A stretch of DNA of 64,000 bases from an uncultured Chloroflexia bacterium (lineage in GTDB: Bacteria > Chloroflexota > Limnocylindria > Limnocylindrales > CSP1-4), in assembly GCA_963734535.1 (NCBI GenBank), contig CAVTHS010000011.1, positions 71,807 through 135,806 of the forward strand. The letters are read 5' to 3'. Shown here in pieces: positions 32,612 through 42,218 of the stretch (position 1 is the stretch's first letter; every line of letters begins with the position of its first letter). A program made the translations under genes and the position numbers. The notes under the pieces were generated by a model. It was not told the DNA's origin, made no database searches, and saw only the letters and a list, made by a program, of their open reading frames with translations.

Positions 32612-32649
32612 TGTTATCGTTCCCGTTATCGGTAACGGGACCGCTAACA
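32612..32649. promoter_or_regulatory. candidate LacI-family operator(s) in the divergent transporter/regulator intergenic region
   Basis: The sequence is TGTTATCG-TTC-CCGTTATCGGTAACGG-GAC-CGCTAACA. The inner palindrome CCCGTTA-TCGG-TAACGGG (32622-32639) has perfect 7-bp arms. The outer half-sites TGTTA and TAACA are also inverted. Confidence 0.5.
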
Positions 32650-32726
32650 CCCTAGCATCACCGGATGCTGTCCGTCAAGATGATTGATGCTGAAGGACGA
32701 CCGCCCGAGGCCGATCGGAGCAGGCC

Positions 32727-33887
32727 ATGACCACGCGCAGGCGAATGACGATCAAGGAGGTCGCTCGGGCAGCGGGCGTCTCGACGCAGACCGTCTCGCG
32801 CGTGCTGAACAACCGGCCGGACGTGGCGTTCGAGACGCTCGAGCGGGTTCGTCAGGTCATCGCCGACACGGGCTACACGCCCAACATGCTCGCCCGAGGC
32901 TTGACCCAGGGCCGCAGCCACATCATTGGCGTCGTCGGCTATGGCCTCGACTACTTCGGACCGTCGCGAGTGCTCACGGGGATCGAACAGCAGGCAGCCG
33001 ATCTCGGCTATGCGATCTCGCTCAACCTGATCCACGATCCGGAGACGCGCGACGTCGACGCGCTGCTGAGCAGCCTGTTCTCGCGGCAGGTCGACGGCAT
33101 CATCTGGGCGATTCCGGAGGTTGGTGAGAACCGCGTCTGGTCGCACGGCAAAGGGCCGGAGCTGCCACTGCCGGTCGTGCTGGTCGGTGGCATGGGCGGA
33201 CAGACCTCGCTCCTGTCGATCGCGATCGACAACGCGGCGATCGGCCGCATCGCCACGGAACACCTCCTGGCCGGGGGGGCGCACCGCGTGGGGATCATCA
33301 CGGGACCGCTCAGCTGGTGGGAGGCCCGGCAGCGCAGGCTCGGATGGCGCGAAGCGCTGGAGGCGCACGGCCTGACGGCCGACGAGCAGCTGGTGGCCAT
33401 CGGCGACTGGTCCCCGAACAGCGGCGAGCAGGGTCTCTACAAGCTCCTGGACCAGAACCCGGATCTCGACGCGGTCTTCGCGTCCAACGACCAGATGGCG
33501 CTCGGCGTGCTCCATGCGGCGCATCGGCTCGGCCGGCGTGTTCCCGAGGATCTTGCCGTGGTGGGCACCGACAACATCGCCGAGTCGTCGCACTTCTGGC
33601 CGTCCCTGACGACGGTCCACCAGCCATTGCACGACGCTGGCGCCCTCGCCGTGCGCGAGATCGATCAGTCGATCGCCGCCGCGCCGGGCTCGCGTCGTGC
33701 GGTCGGTACACTACCGTCTCATGCCGTCCTGCTCGAGCCCGAGCTCATCGTCCGGGAGAGCAGCCGGTCCGTCGAGTCGGTCGGGTCGAAGTCGAATGGT
33801 CGAAGCCAGGAGACCCTTGACGGCAGCGACCCGGTATGGGGCAGCCCGCAGGATCGCCCCGCGTCTCCGTTCAACTCCGTCCCATGA
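32727..33887 (+). CDS. LacI-family transcriptional regulator (likely the arabinose-locus repressor, by context)
   Basis: The HTH is MTIKEVARAAGVSTQTVSRVLNNRPDVAFETLERVRQVIADTGYTPNMLARGL. A periplasmic-binding-fold effector domain follows. Confidence 0.9.
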   Translation: MTTRRRMTIKEVARAAGVSTQTVSRVLNNRPDVAFETLERVRQVIADTGYTPNMLARGLTQGRSHIIGVVGYGLDYFGPSRVLTGIEQQAADLGYAISLNLIHDPETRDVDALLSSLFSRQVDGIIWAIPEVGENRVWSHGKGPELPLPVVLVGGMGGQTSLLSIAIDNAAIGRIATEHLLAGGAHRVGIITGPLSWWEARQRRLGWREALEAHGLTADEQLVAIGDWSPNSGEQGLYKLLDQNPDLDAVFASNDQMALGVLHAAHRLGRRVPEDLAVVGTDNIAESSHFWPSLTTVHQPLHDAGALAVREIDQSIAAAPGSRRAVGTLPSHAVLLEPELIVRESSRSVESVGSKSNGRSQETLDGSDPVWGSPQDRPASPFNSVP

Positions 33888-33953
33888 CCGCACGAAACGA
33901 GCGAGGCGAGCTCGCGGCGGGAGGAAGGGCGGCGCGCAGCGCCGGGACATGAG

Positions 33954-33964
33954 CCGGTAACCGG
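33954..33964. promoter_or_regulatory. short palindrome upstream of araB that shares the GGTAAC half-site
   Basis: CCGGT-A-ACCGG lies 38 nt upstream of the GTG at 34002. Confidence 0.25.
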
Positions 33965-34001
33965 ACAACACCAGCACGCCGGAAGGCGGGAGGAGGGTCG
34001 A

Positions 34002-35606
34002 GTGAACCAGCGACAGGGGAGCGCGGCGGAGCTGATCCGGTCGGGGGCCTCCATCCTCGGGATCGAGCTCGGGTCGACCCGCATCAAGGCGTCCCTCATC
34101 GCGCCCGACACGACGCCGCTGGCATCGGGCTCGTATGCCTGGGAGAACCAGCTCAGGGATGGCGTCTGGACGTATGCCATCGAGGATGTCTGGAAGGGCG
34201 TGGCCGCCTGCTACGCGTCACTCGTCTCGGACGTGCGCGCCCGCTACTCCCTGGAGCTGAAGACCGTCGCGGCCATGGGTCTCAGCGGGATGATGCACGG
34301 GTACGTGGCCCTGGATGTCGACGGGAACCTGCTGGTGCCGTTCCGCACATGGCGGAACAACATCACCGGCGAGGCCTGCGCCGAGCTGACCCCGCTCCTC
34401 GACTTCGCCGTGCCGCAACGCTGGAGCATCGCCCACCTGTACCAGTCGATCCTCGAGGAACAGCCGCACCTGCCGCGGATCGCTCACCTCACGACGCTGG
34501 CCGGCTACGTCCACTGGAAGCTGACCGGCGAGCACACGATCGGCGTTGGCGAGGCCTCGGGCATGTTCCCCATCGACCCGCGCACCGGCGACTGGGACGC
34601 CGCCCGGATGGCGAAGTTCGACGCCCTGATCGCGCCGCGCAAGCCGGGTTGGAAGCTCCGGGACATCCTCCCCGCCGTCCTGCCCGCCGGCCGCCCGGCC
34701 GGGAAGCTCACCGCCGAGGGCGCGAAGCTGCTTGACCCATCCGGCACGCTCCCGGCCGGCATCCCTCTGTGCCCTCCCGAGGGCGACGCGGGCACGGGCA
34801 TGGTCGCCACCAACGCCGTGCGCCCGCGCTCCGGGAACGTCTCCGCGGGCACCTCGGTGTTCGCGATGATCGTGCTGGACAAGAGCCTGGCCCGCGTCCA
34901 CGAGGAGATCGACATCGTGGTCACGCCCGACGGCAGGCCGGTGGCCATGGCCCACTCCAACAACGGATCATCCGACCTCGATGCCTGGATCAGCCTCTTC
35001 GGCCAGGTGGCGGCCGCGCTCGGCGTCGAGGCGCGGCCCGAGGACCTCTACGGCAAGCTCCTGCCCCTCGCAGTGCGGGGAGACCCGGACGCGGGCGGGC
35101 TCCTCTCCATCAACTACGTGTCGGGCGAGCACATGACCGGCTTCACCGAGGGCCGGCCGCTGTTCGCGAGGAGCCAGGACAGCACGTTCACGCTCGAGAA
35201 CTTCGTGCGGGCGATGTACTACGCCTCGCTCTGCTCCCTGCGCACCGGCATGGACATCCTCACCGAGCAGGAGGGCGTGGTCATCGAGGAGATACGCGGC
35301 CACGGCGGCTTCTTCAAGGGCGGCGACACCGGGCAGCGCATGATGGCGGCCGCGCTCAACGTCCCGGTCAGCATCCCCGCCACAGCTGGCGAGGGCGGGG
35401 CCTGGGGCATGGCGGTGCTGGCCGCCTACCTGCTCCGCGCCGACGCCGGGCAGTCGCTGCCCGACTATCTCGATGAGCGGATCGCCGCGAGCATCGGCAA
35501 GCCCGTCAAGCCCGACCCTCGCGACGTGAAAGGTTTCGCGGAGTTCTTTGCGCGCCACAGGAATGGGCTCGCCATCGAGCGGGAGGCCGTCAGGGCGCTG
35601 GGCTGA
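34002..35606 (+). CDS. araB: FGGY-family carbohydrate kinase, ribulokinase by context
   Basis: GTG start. [15 protein letters not shown] is an actin-fold phosphate motif. Other segments include [13 protein letters not shown] and [13 protein letters not shown]. The 534-aa gene is directly followed by araD. Confidence 0.75.
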   Translation: MNQRQGSAAELIRSGASILGIELGSTRIKASLIAPDTTPLASGSYAWENQLRDGVWTYAIEDVWKGVAACYASLVSDVRARYSLELKTVAAMGLSGMMHGYVALDVDGNLLVPFRTWRNNITGEACAELTPLLDFAVPQRWSIAHLYQSILEEQPHLPRIAHLTTLAGYVHWKLTGEHTIGVGEASGMFPIDPRTGDWDAARMAKFDALIAPRKPGWKLRDILPAVLPAGRPAGKLTAEGAKLLDPSGTLPAGIPLCPPEGDAGTGMVATNAVRPRSGNVSAGTSVFAMIVLDKSLARVHEEIDIVVTPDGRPVAMAHSNNGSSDLDAWISLFGQVAAALGVEARPEDLYGKLLPLAVRGDPDAGGLLSINYVSGEHMTGFTEGRPLFARSQDSTFTLENFVRAMYYASLCSLRTGMDILTEQEGVVIEEIRGHGGFFKGGDTGQRMMAAALNVPVSIPATAGEGGAWGMAVLAAYLLRADAGQSLPDYLDERIAASIGKPVKPDPRDVKGFAEFFARHRNGLAIEREAVRALG

Positions 35607-35642
35607 CCGTTCGTGCTGATCGTGCGGCAGGAGGGATCGAGC

Positions 35643-36368
35643 ATGCGACACGCCGAGCTGAGGGAGCGCGTCTGCGAGGCGAACCTGGGCCTGGTGGAGG
35701 CGGGCCTGGTGGTCCTGTCGTTCGGCAACGCCAGCGGGATCGATCGAGATGCCCGGATCGTCGCCATCAAACCGAGCGGCGTGGACTACGCGACGCTCCG
35801 GCCCGAGGACATCGTCCTCGTCTCCCTCGACGATGGTCGCGTCCTGGAGGGAGCCGGGCGTCCATCGTCGGACACGCCCACGCACCTCGTGCTGTATCGC
35901 GCCTTCCCAGAGGTGGGCGGCGTGGTGCATACGCACTCCGTCCACGCGGCCGCGTGGGCGCAGGCTCGGCGCGAGATCCCGTGCCTGGGAACGACCCATG
36001 CGGACCACTTCCATGGTCCGGTGCCCGTCACGCGGTGGCTGACCGACGCGGAGATTCAGACCGACTACGAGGCGCACACCGGGCGCGTCATCGTGGAGCG
36101 CTTCGCGGAGGCCGGCATCGATCCGATCGATGTGCCGGCGTGCCTGGATGCCGGTCACGGGCCGTTCACCTGGGGCGCAACGCCCCAGGAGGCACTGGTG
36201 AATGCCGTCGTGCTCGAACAGGTCGCGCGCCAGGCCATCCACACCCTGGCGATCGAGCGGGGGACGGAGCCGATTCCCACTGCGCTGCTCGACAAGCACT
36301 TCAGGCGCAAGCACGGCCCCACCGCCTACTACGGACAGCCGCGATCCGGGGCCACAGCGGGAACGTGA
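35643..36368 (+). CDS. araD: L-ribulose-5-phosphate 4-epimerase
   Basis: GGAGGG lies upstream of the ATG. Matching segments are GNASGIDRDARIVAIKPSGVDY, PSSDTPTHLVLYRAFPEVGGVVHTHSVHA, THADHF and HGPFTWG. Confidence 0.9.
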   Translation: MRHAELRERVCEANLGLVEAGLVVLSFGNASGIDRDARIVAIKPSGVDYATLRPEDIVLVSLDDGRVLEGAGRPSSDTPTHLVLYRAFPEVGGVVHTHSVHAAAWAQARREIPCLGTTHADHFHGPVPVTRWLTDAEIQTDYEAHTGRVIVERFAEAGIDPIDVPACLDAGHGPFTWGATPQEALVNAVVLEQVARQAIHTLAIERGTEPIPTALLDKHFRRKHGPTAYYGQPRSGATAGT

Positions 36369-36628
36369 CGCGCCTGGGTGCCGGCACGGCCCAACGGCCT
36401 CCTGGGGTGCGGCCGGTTGGGCCGACTGGAGCTTCGGCGGGGCCGTCACGTCACTCGGAACTCGCAGCACCCGCGCGGGTTCTCCAGGACGACGGGCTGA
36501 CGGGCTGACGGCGCCGTCCCGCTCGACGCCGTCTTCCAGTACTCGGACGAGCTGGCATGACCGGCCGACCTCCAGTCGCCGCTGCCGCCGGACCGCAGGA
36601 CCACCGTCACACCGATCAGGAGCACACC

Positions 36629-37105
36629 ATGACAGAACCGTCGAAGAAGCCACCGTCTCTGCAGCCGCGCTGGTTCATCCGCTCGTTCTGGGTGGTGCAG
36701 CGTGCGCTCTACTCGGTCACCCGCGGCCGGTTCGGCCTCCGGACGGCCAGGGACGGCCGCTGGGGCATGATGCGGCTGCGAACGGTTGGGCGCCGCAGCG
36801 GCGAAGAGCGGAAGGCCATCCTCGGCTACTTCGAGGACGGTCAGGACCTGGTCACCATGGCCATGAACGGCTGGGCCGATCCCGAGCCCGCCTGGTGGCT
36901 CAACCTGCAGGCGCACCCCGACGTCACCGTCGATCTGCCCGGTGGGTCCCGCGCCGTCCACGGACGTGCAGCGGACCCGGACGAGCGGCCCCGACTGTGG
37001 GCCATGTGGGCCGCCTACGACAAGGATCTCGACGCCTTCGCCGCTCGGCGCTCCCGGGAGACCGCGGTCGTCATCCTGTCGCCCCGACCGGAATCGTGGT
37101 CGTGA
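36629..37105 (+). CDS. nitroreductase-family deazaflavin(F420)-dependent oxidoreductase (DDN-like)
   Basis: AGGAG is 7 nt upstream of the ATG. Matching segments are RTVGRRSGEERKAILGYFEDGQDLVTMAMNGWADPEPAWWLNLQAHPDVTVDL and RPRLWAMW. Confidence 0.8.
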   Translation: MTEPSKKPPSLQPRWFIRSFWVVQRALYSVTRGRFGLRTARDGRWGMMRLRTVGRRSGEERKAILGYFEDGQDLVTMAMNGWADPEPAWWLNLQAHPDVTVDLPGGSRAVHGRAADPDERPRLWAMWAAYDKDLDAFAARRSRETAVVILSPRPESWS

Positions 37106-37218
37106 CCGGCGAGGGCAGGCCTCCGGCCGCGAACCCCGCGGAGAGCCCACCGGAGGTGCCGGCGTGGGGCCGCGTGGCCCTACCGACTCCGGCAGCGGCG
37201 CGGTAGCCTCTCGCTGTC

Positions 37219-38154
37219 ATGAGGTGCCACCGGGTCGTGACGGCGGCGGCCGTCGCGCTGGTCGTGGTGGTCGCGGGATGCGGCGGTGGTGGCACCACCA
37301 GCCCACGCGCCGACCCAGGCGCGACGCCCGCGGAGTCCGGCCCGATCTCGCACGCGACCGGCCCGACCGACCTCGTGCTCCAGGCAGCTTCCGGCGGGGG
37401 CCTGCTGCCGCAGGACCTTCGTCTCGCAGAGATGCCGAATGTCTCGATCTACGGCGACGGGCGGGTCGTCATGCTCGGCGCGCATGACGGCAGACCCGGC
37501 GATCCCCTGGTGCCACGGCTCACCGAGGCACGGGTGACCGCCGACGGCATGGCCCGCATCCTCCAGGCTGCACGGGAGGCGGGAGTCCTTGGGCCGGATC
37601 GGCGCTTCGACCTGCCTGGTGGCTATGACCTGTGGACGGTCTGGTTCACGGCCATCGCCGACGGGAAGACCCACCGCGTCTCTGCCTATGCCCTCGGCTT
37701 CGAGGATGAGGCCCGTCTCGCCCCGGCCGGGGAGATGGAGGCGCGGAGCAAGCTCGATACGCTCTACGAACAGCTCCTCGACCTTCGAACCTGGCTCCCC
37801 GAGGGCACGGTCGGCCCCGACTCCGCCTACCGGCCGATCGAGACCCGCATCCTCCTCGTTCGCCTGGTCGACTGGTCGGCTGCGGACGGGGGCGCCACGC
37901 CCGTCCCAGCCACGCCGCGGGCTGACCAGGAGGTCCGCGACTGGCCGCTTGCGGGCTCTCCTGAGTCGTTTGGCGCACCGGTGGATGCCCACGAGGAGAC
38001 CTGGCACTGCGCCGTCATCGGGCCCGACCAGGTCGTCAGGCTCGGCCTCGAGACGGCCACGCGGGACACGCGGTGGCGGGCGGGGGACTCCCTGTACCAG
38101 GTCGTCGCGCGACCGCTCCTTCCCGACGAATCCGGCTGTCCGAAGAGCATCTGA
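37219..38154 (+). CDS. lipoprotein, function unknown
   Basis: The lipobox is MRCHRVVTAAAVALVVVVAGCGG. The intact 311-aa ORF has no motif I recognise. Confidence 0.6.
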   Translation: MRCHRVVTAAAVALVVVVAGCGGGGTTSPRADPGATPAESGPISHATGPTDLVLQAASGGGLLPQDLRLAEMPNVSIYGDGRVVMLGAHDGRPGDPLVPRLTEARVTADGMARILQAAREAGVLGPDRRFDLPGGYDLWTVWFTAIADGKTHRVSAYALGFEDEARLAPAGEMEARSKLDTLYEQLLDLRTWLPEGTVGPDSAYRPIETRILLVRLVDWSAADGGATPVPATPRADQEVRDWPLAGSPESFGAPVDAHEETWHCAVIGPDQVVRLGLETATRDTRWRAGDSLYQVVARPLLPDESGCPKSI

Positions 38155-38242
38155 GGCCGGTCGCGCCCACACGGGCCGCGGCATCTCGAGGGTGTCCGCT
38201 GGTCCGAACGGCGGCGGCCGAGGTGCGCCATCATCTGTCGCC

Positions 38243-39541
38243 ATGAGTCGAGCCGAGTCGCCCACGCCGGTGGCCACCGAGTTGGGCGCGACGACGGGAG
38301 CGAGCATTGCCGACGTGCGGCCGGCCTGGTCCCTCTGGCTGCTCTCGATCGCCCACGCCGTCAACCACGCCCAGGCGGTCATCCTGCCGCTCATCTACCT
38401 GAAGATCACCGACGACTTCAACGTCGGCGTCGACACGATCGCCTTCCTGGCCGCCGGCGGGGCCTTTGCCGCCGGCGTCGTCCAGCTCAGCTTCGCCTCG
38501 CTGACCCGGCTCGTGTCCCGGCGGACGATGCTCGGGGCCGGCGGGTTGCTGTTCGGCGGCGGGTTCGTCGCACAGGCGTTCGCCCCTGGCTTTCCGATGT
38601 TCGCGATCACCAACGTCCTGTCGCGGATCGGCGGCTCGCCGCAGCATCCGGTCGGCAACGGCCTCCTTGCCGAGCAGTTCCCGCCCGAGCGGCGGGGCTT
38701 CGCGATCAGCGCCCACATCTCGGGCGGGAACGTCGGGACGGTCGTCGTGGCGTTGATCGGGGCGCCGGTCATTGCCATGTTCGGCTGGCGCGGTGCGGCG
38801 ATCGTCTTCGGGATCCCGGCTCTCGCGATCGCCGTCGCGATCCTCCTCCTGGTCCGCGAGCGCGGCACTGACCGGGCGGCTGCCGTCGCCGGCGGGAGCG
38901 TCCGCGACGCATACCGGGCGATCGCCCGCGACCGTGACCTGCGCTGGTTGTACCTCACCTCGATCCTGGGCGGCGGGGGACGCGGGTTGGGCGTCGTCAA
39001 TCTCTTCGTGCTCATCTATCTCACGAAGGTGATCGGCCTCGACGAGTCGCTGTCGGGCCTGATGTACGGCGCGCTGATCGTCTTCTCGGTGCCCATGCCG
39101 CTCATCGCGGGCTGGCTGTCCGACCGGATCGGCCGCAAGCCGCTCATCATCGGCGTCTACCTCGGCGGGGCGATCGGGTTCGTCGTCTTCCTCGTCTCGG
39201 GGTCGAGCGTCATCGGACTCTGGGCCGGGATCCTGCTGATGGGCCTGTTCAGCTTCGCCGAGAGCCCGCAGCTCCAGGCGCTTCTCGCCGACATCGCTCG
39301 GCCCTCGATCCGGGATGCCACCTTTGCGCTGTACTTCACCCTTGCCTTCGGGGTCGGTTCGCTCTGGGTCGCGATCTATGGCGCGATCATCGGCGTTGCC
39401 GGCGATGCTGCTGGCCTGCCGATCGTCTTCGTCCTGATGGCCGTGACGTTCGTGCTTGCTGCCATCGGGACCGTGCCGATCCGGGCCGATCAGCGAGCGC
39501 ACGAGAACGCCGCCCACGAGACGTCGCTCGCGGAGCTGTAG
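38243..39541 (+). CDS. MFS transporter
   Basis: The protein has about 12 TM helices. LSDRIGRKP is the MFS loop 2-3-type motif. The ATG at 38243 is in frame with the long ORF 37589..39541, whose upstream part overlaps the lipoprotein gene. Confidence 0.85.
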   Translation: MSRAESPTPVATELGATTGASIADVRPAWSLWLLSIAHAVNHAQAVILPLIYLKITDDFNVGVDTIAFLAAGGAFAAGVVQLSFASLTRLVSRRTMLGAGGLLFGGGFVAQAFAPGFPMFAITNVLSRIGGSPQHPVGNGLLAEQFPPERRGFAISAHISGGNVGTVVVALIGAPVIAMFGWRGAAIVFGIPALAIAVAILLLVRERGTDRAAAVAGGSVRDAYRAIARDRDLRWLYLTSILGGGGRGLGVVNLFVLIYLTKVIGLDESLSGLMYGALIVFSVPMPLIAGWLSDRIGRKPLIIGVYLGGAIGFVVFLVSGSSVIGLWAGILLMGLFSFAESPQLQALLADIARPSIRDATFALYFTLAFGVGSLWVAIYGAIIGVAGDAAGLPIVFVLMAVTFVLAAIGTVPIRADQRAHENAAHETSLAEL

Positions 39542-39631
39542 CGCGGTTCGGCCGCGAGGGCTCCCAGCGCGCGTGCGTCGAAGCGGCGAAGCCGTCGTGC
39601 GCGCCGGGACGACGACGCGCGGCCTCCGCCC

Positions 39632-39661
39632 TTGCGTGCCACGGAGATATACGTATACTCC
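39632..39661 (+). promoter_or_regulatory. candidate promoter with an overlapping AT-rich palindrome upstream of the EXLDI gene
   Basis: TTGCGT at 39632-39637, a 16-nt spacer, then TATACT at 39654-39659. The perfect palindrome TATACGTATA (39648-39657) overlaps the -10, and GGAG/CTCC flank it. This is the most AT-rich stretch I noticed in the window. Confidence 0.45.
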
Positions 39662-39702
39662 TACGTATGGATGGAACGCCACGGAGGAGTTACGATGCTC
39701 GG

Positions 39703-40221
39703 GTGCCAAACAAGACGATCTATGTCTCCGACGGAGACCTCCCCCTGTACGGGCGGGCGCAGGAGCTTGCCGGCGGCAATCTCTCCGCGGCCATCTCCGC
39801 CGCGCTGCGTCGCTACGTCGACGTGGAGGAGGGTCGGCGGGAGGGCTTTGACGAGGTCGTCGTCCGTGTCGGGCCCGGCCGCGGCCGCAAGGTCCGGTTC
39901 ACGGGGATCTTCCTCGGGGAGTGGGTCAACACGAGCTTCAGCCGCGTGGAGACCTTCCGCGTCTACCGTGGCCGGACTGGCAAGTTCGTGGTCCACGTCG
40001 AACGGAGCCCCGACTACTCGATGGTCAACGCCGAGGGCAAGCCGGCCGGATGGCGAGGCTACCTCGGCATCGGGGCAATCAGCTACGGGACCACGCCAGG
40101 CGAGTCGACGCTCGAGGTCGTCGATTTGCTCGACGAGCTCCGCACGCGGATCCCGTCGCAGCTCTACGACAGCGTGGCCAGCTCCGCAAGGCAGCCGGCC
40201 GTCGAGGACCTCGAGATCTGA
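39703..40221 (+). CDS. EXLDI-family protein (actinobacterial protein associated with DrrAB-type ABC-2 exporters)
   Basis: VPNKTIYVSDGDLPLYGRAQELAGGNLSAAISAALRRYV ... FRVYRGRTGKFVVHVERSPDY ... C-terminal AVEDLEI. GGAGGAG ends 13 nt upstream of the GTG at 39703. The longer ORF begins at 39667. Confidence 0.7.
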   Translation: MPNKTIYVSDGDLPLYGRAQELAGGNLSAAISAALRRYVDVEEGRREGFDEVVVRVGPGRGRKVRFTGIFLGEWVNTSFSRVETFRVYRGRTGKFVVHVERSPDYSMVNAEGKPAGWRGYLGIGAISYGTTPGESTLEVVDLLDELRTRIPSQLYDSVASSARQPAVEDLEI

Positions 40222-40257
40222 TTCTCGTCATCTCGTCGCACGTCCAGGACGTGCGGA

Positions 40258-41214
40258 ATGAGCGCCACGATGTCGCCGCCCGCGATCCACGCGGCAGGCC
40301 TTCGAAAGTCGTACGGCACCCAGGTCGTCCTCGATGGGATCGACCTCGATGTGCCCATGGGCACGGTCTACGCGCTCCTCGGGCCGAACGGCGCCGGCAA
40401 GACGACCACGGTCCATATCCTGTCAACGCTCATCGCCGCTGACGACGGCCTCGTGGAGGTCGCGGGTCACGATGTCAGGCGGGATCCGGACCGCGTCCGC
40501 GCGGCAATCGGCGTCACTGGTCAATTCTCGGCCGTCGACAGGTTCCTCACCGGCGAGGAGAACCTGATGCTGATGGCGGACCTCCGGCACCTGGGAACGG
40601 CTGATGGCAGACGTCGGGCGGCGGAGCTGCTCGACGAGTTCGACATCGTCGCCGCGGCGCGAAAGCCGGTCTCGACATGGTCCGGCGGGATGCAGCGCCG
40701 GCTCGACCTCGCGATGACGCTCGTCGGCAATCCCCGGATCATCTTCCTCGACGAGCCAACCGCGGGGCTCGATCCGCGCAGCCGGCGGACGATGTGGCAG
40801 GTGATCCGCGACCTCGTGGATCGCGGGGTCACGATCTTCCTCACCACCCAGTACCTCGAAGAGGCCGACCGCCTTGCCGACCGGATCGCGGTCCTCGACC
40901 ATGGCCGGCTGGTGGCCGATGGCACGCCGTCTGAGCTCAAGCGCCGGGTTGGCGGCGGCCACGTGCGGCTCGAGTTCGCGAACAACGACGAGCTGGAGAA
41001 GGCCGTCCGCGTCTTCCGGGGCGCGTCACGCGACGTCGACTCGCTCGCCCTGCTCGTGCCGAGCGACGGCGGCGTCGGCGCGCTGCGGATACTGCTCGAC
41101 GCGCTCGAGGACGCCTCGATCGACGTCGACGGGCTGTCGGTGCGCACACCGGACCTCGACGATGTGTTCCTGTCACTCACTGGTCACCCCGACACCGAGA
41201 AGGGAGCCGCTTGA
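40258..41214 (+). CDS. ABC transporter ATP-binding protein, DrrA/daunorubicin-resistance type
   Basis: Motifs are GPNGAGKTTT, WSGGMQRRLDLA and IFLDEPTAGLDP. The C-terminal regulatory extension is typical of the DrrA family. Confidence 0.9.
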   Translation: MSATMSPPAIHAAGLRKSYGTQVVLDGIDLDVPMGTVYALLGPNGAGKTTTVHILSTLIAADDGLVEVAGHDVRRDPDRVRAAIGVTGQFSAVDRFLTGEENLMLMADLRHLGTADGRRRAAELLDEFDIVAAARKPVSTWSGGMQRRLDLAMTLVGNPRIIFLDEPTAGLDPRSRRTMWQVIRDLVDRGVTIFLTTQYLEEADRLADRIAVLDHGRLVADGTPSELKRRVGGGHVRLEFANNDELEKAVRVFRGASRDVDSLALLVPSDGGVGALRILLDALEDASIDVDGLSVRTPDLDDVFLSLTGHPDTEKGAA

Positions 41215-42008
41215 TGACCGCGCGCGCGTTCGTCCTGGCCGACTCCGCGACGATGCTGCGGCGGAATCTCCGCCACATGCAACGCTACCCATCACTGACG
41301 CTGTTCATGATCGGGATCCCGGTCGTGCTCCTGCTTCTCTTCGTCTTCGTCTTCGGGGGCACCCTCGGCGCTGGGCTGGGTGGCGTGTCAGGGGGTCGAG
41401 ACGGGTACCTGGCATACCTGGTCCCCGGGATCCTGCTGTTGACCGTGGCAACCGCGGCCCAGGGGACGGCGATCTCGGTTGCCATGGACATGACGGAGGG
41501 CATCGTTGCCCGCTTTCGCACCATGGCCATCTCCCGCGCCTCCGTGCTGACGGGCCACGTTGTCGGCAGCATGATCCAGACGGGCCTGGCCATCCTCGTG
41601 GTGGTGGTCGTGGCCCTGCTGATCGGGTTCCGGCCGACCACCGGCCCGGCGGCCTGGCTCGCCGCGGCCGGGCTGCTGGCGCTCACGTCACTGGCGGTCA
41701 GCTGGCTCTCGGTCGCGCTCGGCATGTCGACCCGGAGCGTCGAGACCGCAAGCAACCTCCCGATGTTTCTCATGCTCCTGCTCTTCTTCGGCAGCGGGTT
41801 CGTGCCAACGCAGTCGATGCCCGACGGTCTTCGCTGGTTCGCCGAGATCCAGCCCTTCACGCCGATCATCGAGACGCTGCGTGGCCTCCTGCTCGGGACC
41901 GCGATCGGTGACCGGGGCGTGATCGCCGTGGCCTGGTGCGGGGCGATCTCGCTGCTCGGCTTCCTGTGGGCGAGGAGGCTCTACGAACGCGACCCCGCCC
42001 ATCGATAG
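41214..42008 (+). CDS. ABC-2 type transporter permease (DrrB-like)
   Basis: The protein has 6 TM helices. TGATG overlaps the ATPase stop. A TTG at 41211 is an alternative start. Confidence 0.85.
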   Translation: MTARAFVLADSATMLRRNLRHMQRYPSLTLFMIGIPVVLLLLFVFVFGGTLGAGLGGVSGGRDGYLAYLVPGILLLTVATAAQGTAISVAMDMTEGIVARFRTMAISRASVLTGHVVGSMIQTGLAILVVVVVALLIGFRPTTGPAAWLAAAGLLALTSLAVSWLSVALGMSTRSVETASNLPMFLMLLLFFGSGFVPTQSMPDGLRWFAEIQPFTPIIETLRGLLLGTAIGDRGVIAVAWCGAISLLGFLWARRLYERDPAHR

Positions 42009-42218
42009 TCCTCGGCGAGCGCGGCCGGAAAGCGACGGCGGCCTCCACGGGACCGACCTCCGTGTGGCGCCGGACGCCCCGATGAAGGACACTTCGGCGC
42101 GTGAGACTGCCCCATGCTTCCCTCGCGACCCGCCATGGCCGTGCCGGCGGCCGTTGCGCTCCGTGACCTGCCGCGGGCGATCGTCCACGCTCGTCACGGC
42201 CTGACGCAGGAGCAACGA

